63,087 nucleotides of DNA, filler included, from Octopus bimaculoides (GCF_001194135.2; 8 parts of 7 records of this genome joined end to end with filler, not necessarily neighbours in it), one strand, 5' to 3'; numbered from the whole stretch's first letter, positions 11,571-25,158 are shown. Program-made: numbers and translations. Notes: generated by a model not told the origin, from the letters alone.

Positions 11571-14487
11571 GCTGTGTTGGCGCTGTTCTAGATATTTAGA
11601 AATAATTTCTCTTGGTTGATTACGAAATAAACTAATAAAGTTGGGTCTATTTGCAACGGTAATATAATGTAAAGATGGTGAACGGGTAGTTGGTCGGATG
11701 AGTGGATTGGTTGATGGTAGATGAAGCTGGCGATGTATATAGAGGCTATTGATATTTGTCCAATTATTACTGGAACCGTAGCAGTGGAAGAATACTTACA
11801 GGCGGCTAAAACCCCGAAGAGCAGAAAATATTTCATTTGTCCAACGGTAATCGATAACACATCATCGATATCACTATTTACTCAAACCAAGGTAACTGTA
11901 TGGGGTTCATTAGCGTAAGCTTCTTGTATGCAGTTGCGCCATCTGCACCATCCGTGTTTGCGCAATTCAAGATGTCTGCCGATATTTACTGTGTACTCAA
12001 TGGATAGAAATGAAACCTTGCTTATGATTTGTTTTGTTTTCTTTAAATATGATGATACACCTAACTAAATAGAAAATCACAAGAGAAGGAAAATAGTTTA
12101 ATCACAGCGACAGAATATATTGTATTGCATCTGAATATTTTGATTTTTGTTAGTGTACTTCTTCCTGTTGCGGTGTAGTGCCAACGACATACACCATCAA
12201 TAATATTCCAACGTTGTGATGGGAACTGGTAAAACGCTATTCTCTCATTTACACGATAATAGGTAGAAACTCATGTCACCAAAGGTTGTAATACCACAGA
12301 AGAACATGAAATACTAGAAATCTCTGTCGTTGCCGTTCAAACCTCGGTAGGCATTGGTACAGTACCTTTATAATCAAGACGCTCTAGCTATAACCATCTC
12401 ATCCTTCACTATATCGTATATATTTAGTGGCCAACGTTCTCTTAAAATGGTAGATAAATGTGGATCAGTGAAACTGGAGGAGCATCGGACAAGATGATAT
12501 GCGGCGTCCCTTCCGGTCCTTCGCGTCTGTGACAATGTTGATGACAAGCCGTATCGGTCCGAATGGCGCATGGCCTTTTCCTTGGATAAACATTGGTAAC
12601 TTGGAGAGGCGGGTATTTGCATGCGTAGCTAACAGCCAAGCACCGAAAATAATTTTTTTGCCTAACCCTGCACATACAGAAAAATAGTTAACTCTAGTTC
12701 CTTCCTGTAATATGATAAAATCCGTCCCCAATTACCACAACTATTCCCTGTCCACACTGTCAGAGAACCTTCCAGACATGGTTTGGCCCGATCAGATACC
12801 AGCGCACCCGCAAATCCCAAGCCCAGGATGACTAGACGGTCCTTGTCGCTCTAACGGACGAACGTACATAATATAATAGCTGCGATATGAGGGAAATGTT
12901 GGCTGCTACATCTACAGTGCAGAGGGTTCCAGATTCTACCTATCGTACTATTCAAGCTTTCACCATATCAACACACTTATTTAGTTGGCACCGTACCTCA
13001 ATATCTAATCCCCATCCTTTATATTTTACCTCCTTTGTTGAGATATTCACAAGGTCACTATCTACCCATCCACAATCATCACACAGTATCTAACTACTAT
13101 CAAGTCAGTGAGTAGGTGATCTAATTTCGGCAATTACCTGTGGAATCTACGGTGAAAGGTTGTGTAGGTACGTGTTTGTATCTGTTATAGCGCGCAATAT
13201 TAGATTAACTACTTTCTAGCCACTACTACCTCTTATTAGCATTATGGACATTAAATGGTTCATTACATTGATATGTGCTAGTGATGTATTAGCTAGTTAG
13301 GATAGGAAATTCTTTATTATCTTGGTAGAGATATCGGTATTTGAATGATAAAACAAGTTCTTTTGTTTTTCGTTCTTATTAACACTTTCATATGTTTGTC
13401 TTAAATATCCATGCTTGTTTGCAGACTTTTAGCTTACGCTCTGAATAATGAAAAGCTTTCCTTTCATAAATTCTAAATTACTCTGTTGGTTGAAAAAATT
13501 GTAGTATATGTAATGTGTAATGCATGGATGCCAGGAAAATATTCCAATGTATCACGTGATACATGAAACAGCAAAGATTCGATTCTCTTTGGATGGCAAT
13601 GTGAGACACAACATATACTGATATTTTTTTCTGCAAAGCCACATTTCAATAATGCCATATCCTAATGAGGTACGTCTCTATCGAATATGTCTCGTATATC
13701 TCAGAAATTACATATTCTTCTCCAGACACTGGCTTGAACATTTTTAATTACATCGGAACAGGTTAGAATTCCTATGAACATATATAATTTGCTTCTAATA
13801 CATTGTAGAGTAATAGTAATTCCCTGTACGTAGGTCTAGAGGAATGTCCAGGAAGTTGATTGTGGTTACACTGACGGTTATGTTCATGTTTAAAACGAAC
13901 TCGGTAGCAATTGCTATATTTATCCACAGCGAGACATTCATGTGGCTTCAAATTGCTAAGCCATCGTTTCTGTACATATCTGAAAAATGAGAGATAGGGA
14001 CGTTTCTAAAAATATCGAAGACAAAATAATCCAACGAAGTCTGCAATTTCAGTGGAATCGTAACTCCCCGAGTGGGCATCAAGTAGTGGGTTATATCACC
14101 TCTTTTGAGTCAGTAGCGATCATTATGCTACACGAGAGACTTCATAACATTCATAATTATTCTAAAGCGTGTGTATTATCCATACGTGTGAGTATGGTAA
14201 TGTGTGTGTGTGTGTAAATATGAATATATGAATATATGTGTGAAAGGGTGTGCGTACGTTTGTGTGACATTACTAACAATAGGAATATTTTGTGAGGGAA
14301 TTTTGAAAGGGGTGTCTGAGTGTGAAAAGCTAAATAAAATTGATACTCAAGTATGTGTATGCGTGTGCTTGCATTGTATGTGCGTATATAAGAACATGTA
14401 TATGTGTGTTTTTAAAACACTTTATAACAAAAAATAACAATATCCACTTCATTCCTTCATATATATACATATATTGTACACACACAT

Positions 14488-14544
<57 letters not shown>

Positions 14545-14959
14545 AGTATATACGTACATATATACGTATAGGTATGACGACGCGTAGGCATTGGAAAATT
14601 TAGTAGAAGTCGACATCTCGATAACAACTAAAAGAAAGAAACAAATAGATCCATTTTTAGACGAACACACTATGTATATATATTAGATTCTCCTAAATCC
14701 GCCATTATATCTAAAAGGTTTCACTTAACGAAATTTAATTTGCTGCTTTACTTTCTGAAAAGAAATGAGAAATAAACACAAAAAAAAACCAATAATAAAA
14801 ATAATATATTTAAAAAAATAAAAAGTCCACCACCACCACCCAGCCATAAAAAAGAAAAAGAAATTAATGACACTCAATAAGAAGTATAAAAACACAACAA
14901 AACCAATGTTATTATGTTTCTTTGTTTATTTTTTAATTTTCTGATGAAAAAAGAAAAAT

Positions 14960-15190
14960 TTAATACACTCTAGTAATAACGATAATGACAATAGGAATAA
15001 TGATAGTGAGGACAATGCTGCTGCTTATGATGAGGAGGAGGAGGGAGAGGAAGGGGGACAGTGATAGTAAAATAATAATAACAACAACAACAACAACAAC
15101 AACAACAATAATAATAATGATGATAATAAAGAGGATTTCTCTTATTTTATCAAATATAAACAATAATAGCATTGATGCTGCTGATGATGT

Positions 15191-15262
<72 letters not shown>

Positions 15263-16200
15263 ATAATAATAATAATAATGTGAAAGCACGTTATAAAAAC
15301 AAAACTACTGAACAATAATAATAATCATGATAGTTGTCATTATAATAACAATAAGCACAATAATAGCTGCAACAACAATAGCAACAACAACAATACCAGC
15401 AATAATAATGATAATCTTTTCGGCCTTATTATATAATAGAAACAACATTTTCAGAATTAATAAAGGTCTCCAAAGAACAGGAGGTCTCCGAAATGGTGAG
15501 CATGAGTTATGCTGTTGCTACTGCTGCTGCTGCTACTGTTGTTGTTGGTGTTGTTATTTTGGTTTTAGTTGCTGCTGCTGCTGTTGTTGTTGTTGTTTTA
15601 GCACTTATCAAAGAATTCATTTATTTCTAGAACCCATTAAAAACGAATATTTTTTTGCTCGGTGCAATTTGCTGTTTCCCTTAAGCCAAATTATCAATCT
15701 AGCTTCGTCGTAACCATCAGCATCATCATCGCCACCAGAACTACTAGTAGCAACATCACCAACAATAGCAACATCACCAACAATAGCAACATCACTTGCA
15801 CACACAACAACACCACCACTGCCAGCAACGTCAACAACTATAATATCAACACACCGACAACACCTAAGGCAGTAATACCATGGGCAACAAGAACAATAAA
15901 AACAACAAAGCCAGCGTCACCACCACCGCAGGAAAGTACAACCACCACAGCAATAGTAACAGCATGGGCAATAACGATCCATCAGCACCAACAACGCTAC
16001 CGTGACCAACAACGCTGGCAAGACCAAGGACGACACCGACATACCAAAACAAACAACCTTACTAACAGAACAATAAAAGGAAAACCCAGCAATACCAACC
16101 CGCTGCCATTGCAAGCAACAGCTTCAAGAACACAATGGCAATAATCTTAAAAAGCAGATAATCTTAAAAATACCGGAGGGTAACGGTCAGAACAACAACA
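14960..16200. repeat. Compound trinucleotide low-complexity region (AAT, AAC, ACT, GCT/GTT, CAC)
   Basis: Visible triplet runs; ORFs are poly-T/I/C/N. Confidence 0.85.
15280..15313 (+). mobile_element. 34-bp extreme 3' tip of the R4/Dong-like element in (AAT)n
   Basis: GTGAAAGCACGTTATAAAAACAAAACTACTGAAC nearly matches 6640-6673 and is flanked by (AAT)n on both sides. Confidence 0.85.
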
Positions 16201-16394
16201 ACAACATGATGCGTTCTTCATTGGAATCGATGAGAGCACTCAGTTGTTCGATCCAGTGGATTTCCACTCGTCAAATTGACGTACAATTGGGTTGAAATTT
16301 TGGCAGAAGGCCAGCAATTTTGGGATGCGCCTGAGAATTCTACACTCACGGTCCTTCCTGGAATGGATGGCGAAAATGGGTGGTTTTGTGTGTA

Positions 16395-16426
<32 letters not shown>

Positions 16427-16471
16427 CTGTGTTTGTGTCTGTGTGTCTGTATGCGTGTGTGTGTGTGTATG

Positions 16472-16516
<45 letters not shown>

Positions 16517-16517
<1 letters not shown>

Positions 16518-16720
16518 GACGCGTGGCTTCGTGGGTCGGGTATTCGGCTTACAGTTTTAAGGTCGTGAGTTCGATTCCTGGCGGCGCGTTGCGCCCTTGA
16601 GTAAGACACTTTATTTCACTTTGCTCCAGTCCACTCCGCTGGTAAAAAGAAACAGTACCTGTCATTCTAAAGGCCAGCCTTGTCACATTTTGTGTGACGC
16701 TGAATCTCCCAAAGAACTGC
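16517..16720 (+). mobile_element. tRNA-derived SINE family C (5' part)
   Basis: A box TGGCTTCGTGG, B box GAGTTCGATTCC; the body is the reverse complement of 30120-30300. Confidence 0.8.
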
Positions 16721-16729
16721 ATTGTGTGT

Positions 16730-17200
16730 ATGATGATCATTGAGAGTCCTATCAGAAACAACCGTCATTTCATTCTACGATTGGATTCCCAAGTGTAATC
16801 AACTGAGACTATGGATATTATCCAGCCATCTTTTTGTTAGTCTACCCCTAGGCTCTCCTACATGTTGGCTCGGTTTGGAGGGTCTGTCTTGCGATTGTCT
16901 CCTGATACATTCTAATCTCATATCTATAGAACTGGAGCTGTGACCTCATAAAGCGGAAAAGTAGCAGCTCAACCTGGAGGGACTCCCTGATATCTGAAAA
17001 AGGCTCTGTCGAGAAACGTTCCTCTGGAGATCCCTCTGAGGAACCCCATTTCCTTTGCTTGCATTATCTATCGTATTTTGTGGGTCATTACCCAACTTCC
17101 ATGACCATAGGTGAGGAATTGCACGAAAATTGAATTGAAGATAACGAATTTGGCTTTTGTATCAAAATCTCTTCTGAGGACCGAATACTATGCCAACACC
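16730..17200 (-). mobile_element. Decayed RTE-clade LINE, C-terminal part of the ORF
   Basis: Manual translation gives IFNSIFVQFLTYGHGSWVMT..*IMQAKEMGFLRGIS, then after a frameshift SDIRESLQVELLLFRFMRSQLQFY, resembling RTE C-termini. Confidence 0.7.
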
Positions 17201-18672
17201 TGCAATTCAAGCTTGCAAGCACCCTGCTGCCCATAGTTGATCAATATAGCCCTTTTCCACATGTCTCGGTGATGTTCCAGAAAGGATAAAATGTCAACTT
17301 TGCCTCCTGGTTCGGCAAAAGAGAACGATAGAATATATACAAGACTTACGAATAAGTCCTGGTGTCGATTTGCTCGACTAAACCATACAAGGCAGTTCCC
17401 TATAAGGCCGCAGTCCAATGACGGAAGCAAAAATAGAAACACACGGTAGATTTTGAACTCAGAATGTAAAGATCCGACACAAATATCACAAAGCATTTTG
17501 TAAGACGTTCCATTGACAGGCAAAGGCAAATTGAAGGACAGCAGAATCGATCTGACTATAGTACTGGTACTATATTTATCGTTCCTCGATCCTTGCTTGG
17601 ATTCCAACTCGGAATCAATACTGCAATGCATTTTATCCAATGTTTTGACGACTCTTGCCAACAAACTACCTTAACACCGCCGATAATTATAACCGCCATG
17701 CTACATGCAGGACTGCTTTATTCCGTCGATTTGAAAGACAATATGGCGACCGTAGTAAGGAGAATTTTAGTTGCCATTTTACAGTAGAGTCAGCGACTTC
17801 CTCTGCCTCTTATTGTCATCATCATCATGACCGGTCAATATATTGTGAGCTCTGGGTCGTCTGCTTTTTACCTGTAACGTAAAAGAAAATTGTGTAGTCA
17901 AAAATCGAAGGCGTTCATTGTGTCGTTCTGGTGTCTGGCGTCTAACACATGGCATCTGATGCCAAAACTTCTTCTAGATCCGAACAAAAAGACGAAAAGT
18001 AACAGAGAGAATTCTTTCATTCGTTCGTTTATTTATTTATTGCCGTTCATTAATTCTAAAAGAATGTATCTTAAAATTTCGAAACCCGAGGCAAATTCTA
18101 CTGTGAATGTAAAAGATTTTGTACATGGCTTTTTCTCTTTCTTTCTGTTATTTTTTTTATGGTGGGGGTTTGGGGGAGTTTTAGTTTTGGAAGTATGGTA
18201 CTGTAGCTTTATCTTTCCTATATTTTAAAAATAATTTTCAGTTCTCAAATGGAGTTTCGTATATTCTTAAACTAAAATATAAATCATAATGGAAGTATGT
18301 AATATATATGAAAACTGTAAAACAAGCGCATGCGCGCGCATATCCAATAGATTTAAAAGTAAAAAAGGATGTGTCTGAGAATATTTATGTGCTTTTGTAT
18401 GTTTAAATGTGTATAGAGATTTACTTATGTTAAATAATTTTTTTAACATTTGAGCTCGAAGAAGATAAAGCTATAAATAATAGCATTCTAATTTATAGTT
18501 TTATGTATAAATAATAGTTCAATCATTAAAATGAAACGAATTATTTCATATCCTCTCGAAATATCAACTTCTTTGTGACGTAAACAAAACACACAAGCAC
18601 ACACTCACACACGCACACATACACACACACACACACACACTCACACACACACACACACACACAAACACACAA

Positions 18673-18711
<39 letters not shown>

Positions 18712-18959
18712 GGATGACGAGACTATATATGTTATACAGTTAGATGAATTATATGTATGTATGTATCTCTCTTTATGTGTGTGCATATGCATACACACAC
18801 AAAGACACAACCACATATCGCACCGTTTTACTTATCATAAAAAGACACACAGACAGCATATACACAGAGACGCACATACATCAGTGTGAAATTTTAGGTA
18901 TTTAGAATAGGCATCGGTAGCATATTGTCACACATCATAGAAGGCACAGACAGAGGAAG

Positions 18960-19002
<43 letters not shown>

Positions 19003-19046
19003 NNNNNNNNNNNNNNNNNNNNNNNNNNNNNNNNNNNNNNNNNNNN

Positions 19047-19058
19047 TTAATTAATTAA
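19047..19058. other. Assembly linker TTAATTAATTAA in an N run (also at 46243, 48464, 53187, 55707, 57882, 60017)
   Basis: An identical 12-mer with stops in all six frames sits between equal-length N blocks seven times. Confidence 0.95.
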
Positions 19059-19111
19059 NNNNNNNNNNNNNNNNNNNNNNNNNNNNNNNNNNNNNNNNNN
19101 NNATATATATA

Positions 19112-19526
19112 TTCTTTTATTCTTTAATTCTTTTACTTGTGTCAGTTATTTAACTACACCCATGCTGGAACACCATTTTGAAGTATTTTAGTCGAACAAA
19201 TCGACCCCAGGACTTTCTTCAAGCCAAGTTCTTATTCTATCGGTCACTTTGCCGAACCACTAAGTTACGGAGACGTAAATATACTAACACTTGGTGTCAA
19301 GCAGTGATGGAGGGGGAACAAACACAGACACAAAGACACACACATACACACATACATACACACACACACGCGACAGGCTTCTTTCAGTTTCTGTCAACCA
19401 AATCCATTCACAAGGCGTTGGACGGCCCGAGGCTATAGTAGAAGACACTTGCTCAAGGTGTTATGCAGTGGGACTGAATCCGGAACCATGTGGTTAAGAA
19501 GCAAGCTTCTTACCACACTGTCACTC
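19112..19526 (-). mobile_element. Full-length tRNA-derived SINE family A with internal (CA)n
   Basis: Minus-strand head GTGTGGTAAGAAGCTTGCTTC...GGTTCCGGATTCAGTCCC (A and B boxes); body and tail homologous to 43590-43928 and 4770-4970. Confidence 0.85.
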
Positions 19527-19532
19527 ATATAT

Positions 19533-19567
<35 letters not shown>

Positions 19568-19824
19568 CGTCACTAAAGCGACTGAGGGTGCTATTCAGCA
19601 CCAGTATTGGTAGTAATAAGAGCGAAGACAACTCATATGCACAATAGCACATTATCTTATTTACTGACAAGGGAGGCAAACTCACTAAGCACTGCATAAC
19701 CAGATCACCAGTGATTTCACGTTTACATTAACGCTCGTCAGTGGCTCTCACCGACGCCTTTGGTTAAACTTCACTCGCCTTGCCAGCTTATAAGATCACC
19801 GTAGAAACCATGCGCTGATTTCAT

Positions 19825-20400
19825 AATCATAAAGATCCAAACTACAAACACATAGTGGGAAAATGTTGGAAAAGTTCGCGGCCTTAGGATGTAAAACGAA
19901 CATTAAAGTTTATTTGCGACATGCCAATTTGGATTTCTTTGGATGTGAGTGGGGAGCAGGGGGAAAGGTTTCATCAAGATGGAAAGAAGATATACGGAAA
20001 GATGGAATATCAGTATGATGGCTGACTACTGCTGGATGTTGCATCGTAAATGCTCATCAAACGCTCACGAGCGAAAGAGTCCCAGGCGTAATTACCCAGT
20101 GAAAAAGAGATTTTGAGGTGCTGAGCGAAAAAATGATTGGAAGCCTTGTAAAAAATCTGTGTGTACCATTTAATTTTGCTAAATAAACTACCAAATTCAT
20201 TTTTATTAGTTTAATTTTGCCCTACCATATGTAGATTTACCTACAAATTATGGTATATTATATTAATTTGTGAGAAAACCTTAGGTAATGGGAACAAGTT
20301 TTAAAAAATTTTTTTTTTATGTCGAATTAGCAGCACAAAGATTTAAGTAACATACAGTTATCAAAAAAATTTCAAAAGTTCCATTTCGTAGACCTGTATT
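19825..20400 (+). mobile_element. Decayed DNA-transposase C-terminal fragment, Chapaev3-like (CMC superfamily; family recalled from memory)
   Basis: Frameshifted peptides NHKDPNYKHIV / MLEKFAALGCKTNIKVYLRHANLDFF / DVSGEQGERFHQD / RWNISMMADYCWMLHRK. Confidence 0.65.
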
Positions 20401-21254
20401 ATCATTCACATCATCAAAAAAGGCAAAGCACCCAAAACTGTAAAAAAAAACAAAAAAAAAACAGAAAGAACCAAAGTTAATTATCGTCAGATTAAGGCAA
20501 GCAGGCTGAAATTTCGAAGTCACTGCCAAGCTTTCCTTGTAAAAGTTATTAAATGTGTACTTTAAAAAGTACTGAGAAATCCTTCATTTTAATATTAAAT
20601 TGTTTTTTTTAAATAGCTTCACACTAATACAAATATTAATAATATATAATATATACATACACATATGTGTGTGTATGTGTGTGTGTGTGTGTGTGCATAA
20701 AACATATACATATATGACATATGTATGTATGTAAGTATGTATGTATGTATGTATGTATGTAACATATCCATGTATGTAAGCATATGAACAAATTCTAAAT
20801 AAATTTACATGCGAACAATTAGAAAACACTAGTTTTGCTTCGCCATGCAAGTCTTTCTCTACAGAGTAGTCCAAAACATAGTTGCACTAGTTTCATTTGT
20901 TTTCTTCCGGTTTCTTTAGAATGTCTGATCAGTTTCGTTCTACAGTAGCTAACTTATAGTTATTGAAGATGCTATAAAGTAATATGTACTGATTTCATTC
21001 ATTTATTTATCAGTTCATCCGCTAGTAGCGTATCAATTAACTAAAGTACTGACAATGCACGTGTGTGTGTGTGTGCGTATGCATGTATGTGTGCATGTGT
21101 GTGTGCGCGTGTGTGTATGTGTGTGTGTGTGTGTGTGAAGCTATTTACACATGCTGAAGGATTCCATTACTTGTAAGCCTGTTGGTCAATTTTTTTTATG
21201 CATATGAACATGTTTATTTCTTCTCTCTAATTCTTAATATTTTTTCTACTACGA

Positions 21255-21439
21255 GCACAAAATCTTAAATTTTGTGGGAGGAAGCTAATCGATTACTTAG
21301 CTGGTACTTATTTTATCGATACCGAGAGGATGAAAAACAAAGTCGACCTCAGTAGAATTCGAACTCAGAACGTGGAGTCAGACGAAATGTCACTAAGCAT
21401 TTTGTCCTACGAGTTAACGATTCTGCCAGTTAGCCGCCT
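21255..21439 (-). mobile_element. SINE family B
   Basis: Reverse complement of GGCGGCTAACTGGCAGAATCGTTA...GAGTTCGAATTCTACTGAGGTCGACTTTG...AAGTACCAG; matches 30322-30535. Confidence 0.8.
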
Positions 21440-21627
21440 TGTTAATTAATACTGAGTCCTTTTGTCCTGTGACATACGAAACTTGGTTGTTCTGTTTGCC
21501 ATCCATCCATCCATCCATCCATCCATCCATCCATCCATACATACATACATACATAGTTTACTGTTCCGTTAAGGTAGGATCAAAAAGAAAAGTGCTCCAT
21601 GCAGTGAGAGATAAGTATCATTTAATG

Positions 21628-23746
21628 CAGTGTTTCCCAAATTTTTCGCGCCAAATTGCAAAATCGCCCACCTATCGCCCCAAAAATGCTCTATACAACG
21701 CCAATTTCGAAATGAAGGTAGTGATAAATGATTTAAAATCAACGAGAATTTTTCTGTTTCCTTGCAATAACTTATTCAAATCATTTAATTTTGTGAATAT
21801 ATCGCAAGGAAAAAAGATATCACACCTTGTAGCCATCAGTGAAGCGGATAGTGGAGTATCTTCAAAGAAAGATATGATTATATGAAATAGTTCAACAAAG
21901 CGTAAGACACAGTTTCCTTTTGAAAGCCACCGCACTTCGGTATGGTATAATAGTTTAGTATGGTCCTCAATAAAGAGTTGACAGAAAATTCGATCAGACA
22001 AGGGACTGGACTTCAATTTGTTCACAGTCTTGATAACTAACTGTAACGCATCATTCAATCGACTGTTCATATTGTTTTCCACTAAATGATGCCAGTGTGC
22101 CAAGCAATGAACAGTTAGTATCTGGTGGGAAGTTTCACGCTTTAGGAGAGATGAAAAACCTTTGTATCTTCCTATCATCGAAGGGGCTCCATCAGACGCA
22201 CAGACAAGAATATTACTGACTGGGATATTATGTTAGAAAAAGAAAGACTTGTGAGTGTGAAAAATAGTTGCACCTTTTGAATCAAGGGGCAATTTCTCTG
22301 TGAACAGCATTTCATCACAAGGTTGAAGGTCTTTGCTGAAATACCGAACATATACCATCATCAATCATTGATTGTCCACAACTGTTGACTCATCCACTTG
22401 TATAGAAAATTCAGAACGCTGGAGAATATTAATGAGCTGATGTTTGACATCGTTGACCATTTCATCGATACGTCGAGAAATTGTGTTATTACTAAGTGGG
22501 ATCTTCATAATGTTATCGGTTTTTTTCGTGCATAGCGGTTGACAAAACCTCTTCAATAACTAGGTGAAGTAATGTTTCTCCAATTGTGTGAGACTTCCCA
22601 GACTTAGCAACAAGCAATGCAATGTTGTACGATGCAATCAACCCGTCGTTCTCTTGTTTACTAGTTTCTTGGAATAGCGTGTTGAATGTTTGCATTTGCC
22701 TTTTAAAAGAGGAGCTCAGATGCAAAAAGTATGATAACGGCTTGTCTTTGTCAGAATGCTTTGCACCAGAGTGATGTTTCAAGCGTGAAGGTTTCATTGC
22801 TTCGTTGGTCAATGTTTGATGGCAAAGAAGGCACATTGGTAACTGACAGTTCTGAAGAGAGGGAATAAATTCAAGCGACAAGTAATCACTACTGTACTGT
22901 CAACAAATTTTCTTGACTGGAGGCATCAGTAAAGTGAAAATAGGAAAACGAATTTCTACAGGCAGCGTCAGAAAGGCAGTATTGTATTCCCAAAGAGAAG
23001 AAGAAGCCAATAGAGCAGAGTCAGATGACACGTCAATACTGGAGCAAATATGGATCAAGTTCGTTTGACTGCCAGCATTTCAAAAATTGAAGTTCATCGA
23101 AAATTTTAAAACTTGGACATTAATATACCTTTCCAAGCAAAATTGCTGGAGTTATTCAACTTTTTCCAGAAAAATGTTTTTAAAAGTTATAGAGGCTTAA
23201 AGTTTGATCATTTTCACTCATTCAAGAAACACGATTTCAGAGCTGTCATTTTGTGGGTGACTGCACATTTTGTTAACATCTTGAAAATAGCACTTGTGTT
23301 TTGATATGAAACCACAGAATTACGTACGACATGTAACCCCTCATAACTTTCTTTTATCTTTCGGAGTTTTCAGAAAATTTTTGCGAATTTGAATTCTATA
23401 CGCAGGACTTCATACGATTATGCACCCACCAAAATTGTGGTAGAGTGTGATTTAAAGCTTAGGCCTATTTGGCTGCTATTTTTGGCACGCATGACAACCA
23501 TCTCAATGACTGCGACAAAAATATTCGATAAACAAATCCGCTTTTTTAATACAAACCGACCTCTCATGCGAGTAGTCAAATCGATGAAAGCGCATCTTTA
23601 TTCTAGGCATGCCTCGATATGAGTAAATGCAGACTTAATTTTTAAAAATTCATTGTCACCCACAAAATGTTTATATCGCCCACCAAAATCTCAAATGGCC
23701 CACCATTTTCTAGAAATTAGCCCATCGCCCACTTTGGGAAGCTATG
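21628..23746 (-). mobile_element. hAT (Buster/Charlie-type) DNA transposon, internally deleted, with perfect 8-bp TSD
   Basis: TIRs CAGTGTTTCCCAAA and TTTGGGAAGCTATG; TSD ATTTAATG at 21620-21627 and 23747-23754 (central TA, typical of Buster); subterminal TCGCCCAC repeats at both ends. Confidence 0.92.
21672..22926 (-). pseudogene. ZBED5/Buster-like transposase pseudogene, lacking the C-terminal dimerisation domain
   Basis: MPPVKKIC*QYSSDYL..., BED finger LPMCLLCHQTLTNEAMKPSRLKHH, FSIQVDEST, HCLAHWHHL, LLYHTEVRWLSKG; several frameshifts. Confidence 0.88.
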
Positions 23747-23852
23747 ATTTAATGTATAATGTATTAAAATAAGAGCTCATATTTTAGTATAATATACTTT
23801 AAATTACATATATATGTTTTGTTTTGGAGAGAATATAATATNNNNNNNNNNC

Positions 23853-23897
<45 letters not shown>

Positions 23898-25125
23898 CGC
23901 ACACATACATATATAAAATCTAGTTTTTTTTTTAGATTATGCATATATTTTCATTTGACTTGGTTTCGAACTTGTCTTTAGAATTGTTTGCTAGCTGCTG
24001 CATGTAGCCGACTATATGACTGTATATTTTCTACGTGCAATAACACGATAAAAACTAAGACAGCTGCAACTGGGCATTTATTACTAGCGGTTTCCCGAGT
24101 AAATCACCGGTGGCAATCATCATTGCCTTATGTCTTTTGTTCTTTTGTTTTTTTTAAATTTGTTACCCAAAATGCAACTGTTCTGTTACATCGACATTTT
24201 TCACAGTTTATATCTGTCGAGAGATTTTGTCAATTTTAATGTTGATAATAAAATGCCAATACTACGTTGAATTACAAAAATTGTACTAGGCGTTCTCTTC
24301 TTACGTTCAGTTTGCTCCTGCTCTTATGGCACATGTAATTGTTTATCCTTTCTTTACAGCCTAAGTGGATCATTCTGACGATTACTTCTTTCTGCATCTT
24401 TAAACATCACCTAAAATTTAAATATATAGAAGTATAAGAGAAAGGCTGGATGTGCATGATTTTAGATAAAGAAGCTTTATTTGAAGAATTTATTCATCTT
24501 TTAAAATTTTACATTATCAGAATTTTGAAGCAAAGTTTGAAGTAAGTGTTTTTGCTTATGTAACAATTTGTTTTTATTATTATTATGTGGGTGAGGTCAA
24601 CGTAAAATGTTTTTTTTTTTTTTACTTGGCTTGTTGCTGTTTGTGTTTGTGTGCGTTCGTGCACCCGTGCGCTTGTAAGTGCTTGTGAGCGTGTGTGTAA
24701 TAGAAGTATTTTTATTATATGAAATGTTTTCTGCTAAAATGAAATAAAAACAAAGTCGCTTTCTTTAGTTTCCACGCATCTAATTAACTCATTTAATTTT
24801 TTTCTCTTTCAAAGGAATTTTATAAGTTTATAAAAACAATGTTTAACTGATCCAATGCGTTCTACATTTGACAATTTTTTTTCCTCTTCATCATCAACGC
24901 CCTCTAATTTCGACAGCTTCCTGCAGATCTCAATTTTTCCACAGCTGCCAGTGAAACTGACAATTATACTTTTTTTGAATGGCAACAATTTAAGTCAAGA
25001 CTTAAAGAAATATATTGTATGTATCCTGTTAGCATGTGAAGCAAAAAATTATATATAAACACGCAGAAACATTTATAAACGCACAAACATATATGAATAC
25101 ATACATGCATACATACATACATACA

Positions 25126-25158
<33 letters not shown>

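Noticed and set aside
12180-12900. Higher-GC stretch with several short overlapping ORFs
   Set aside because: No frame gave a recognisable domain, so it cannot be called a gene or a transposon without a search.
16517-16590. tRNA-like sequences with A/B boxes (also 2189, 19450-19526, 30230-30300, 43590)
   Set aside because: Cloverleaf pairing is broken and each continues into a shared SINE body, so they are SINE heads, not tRNA genes.
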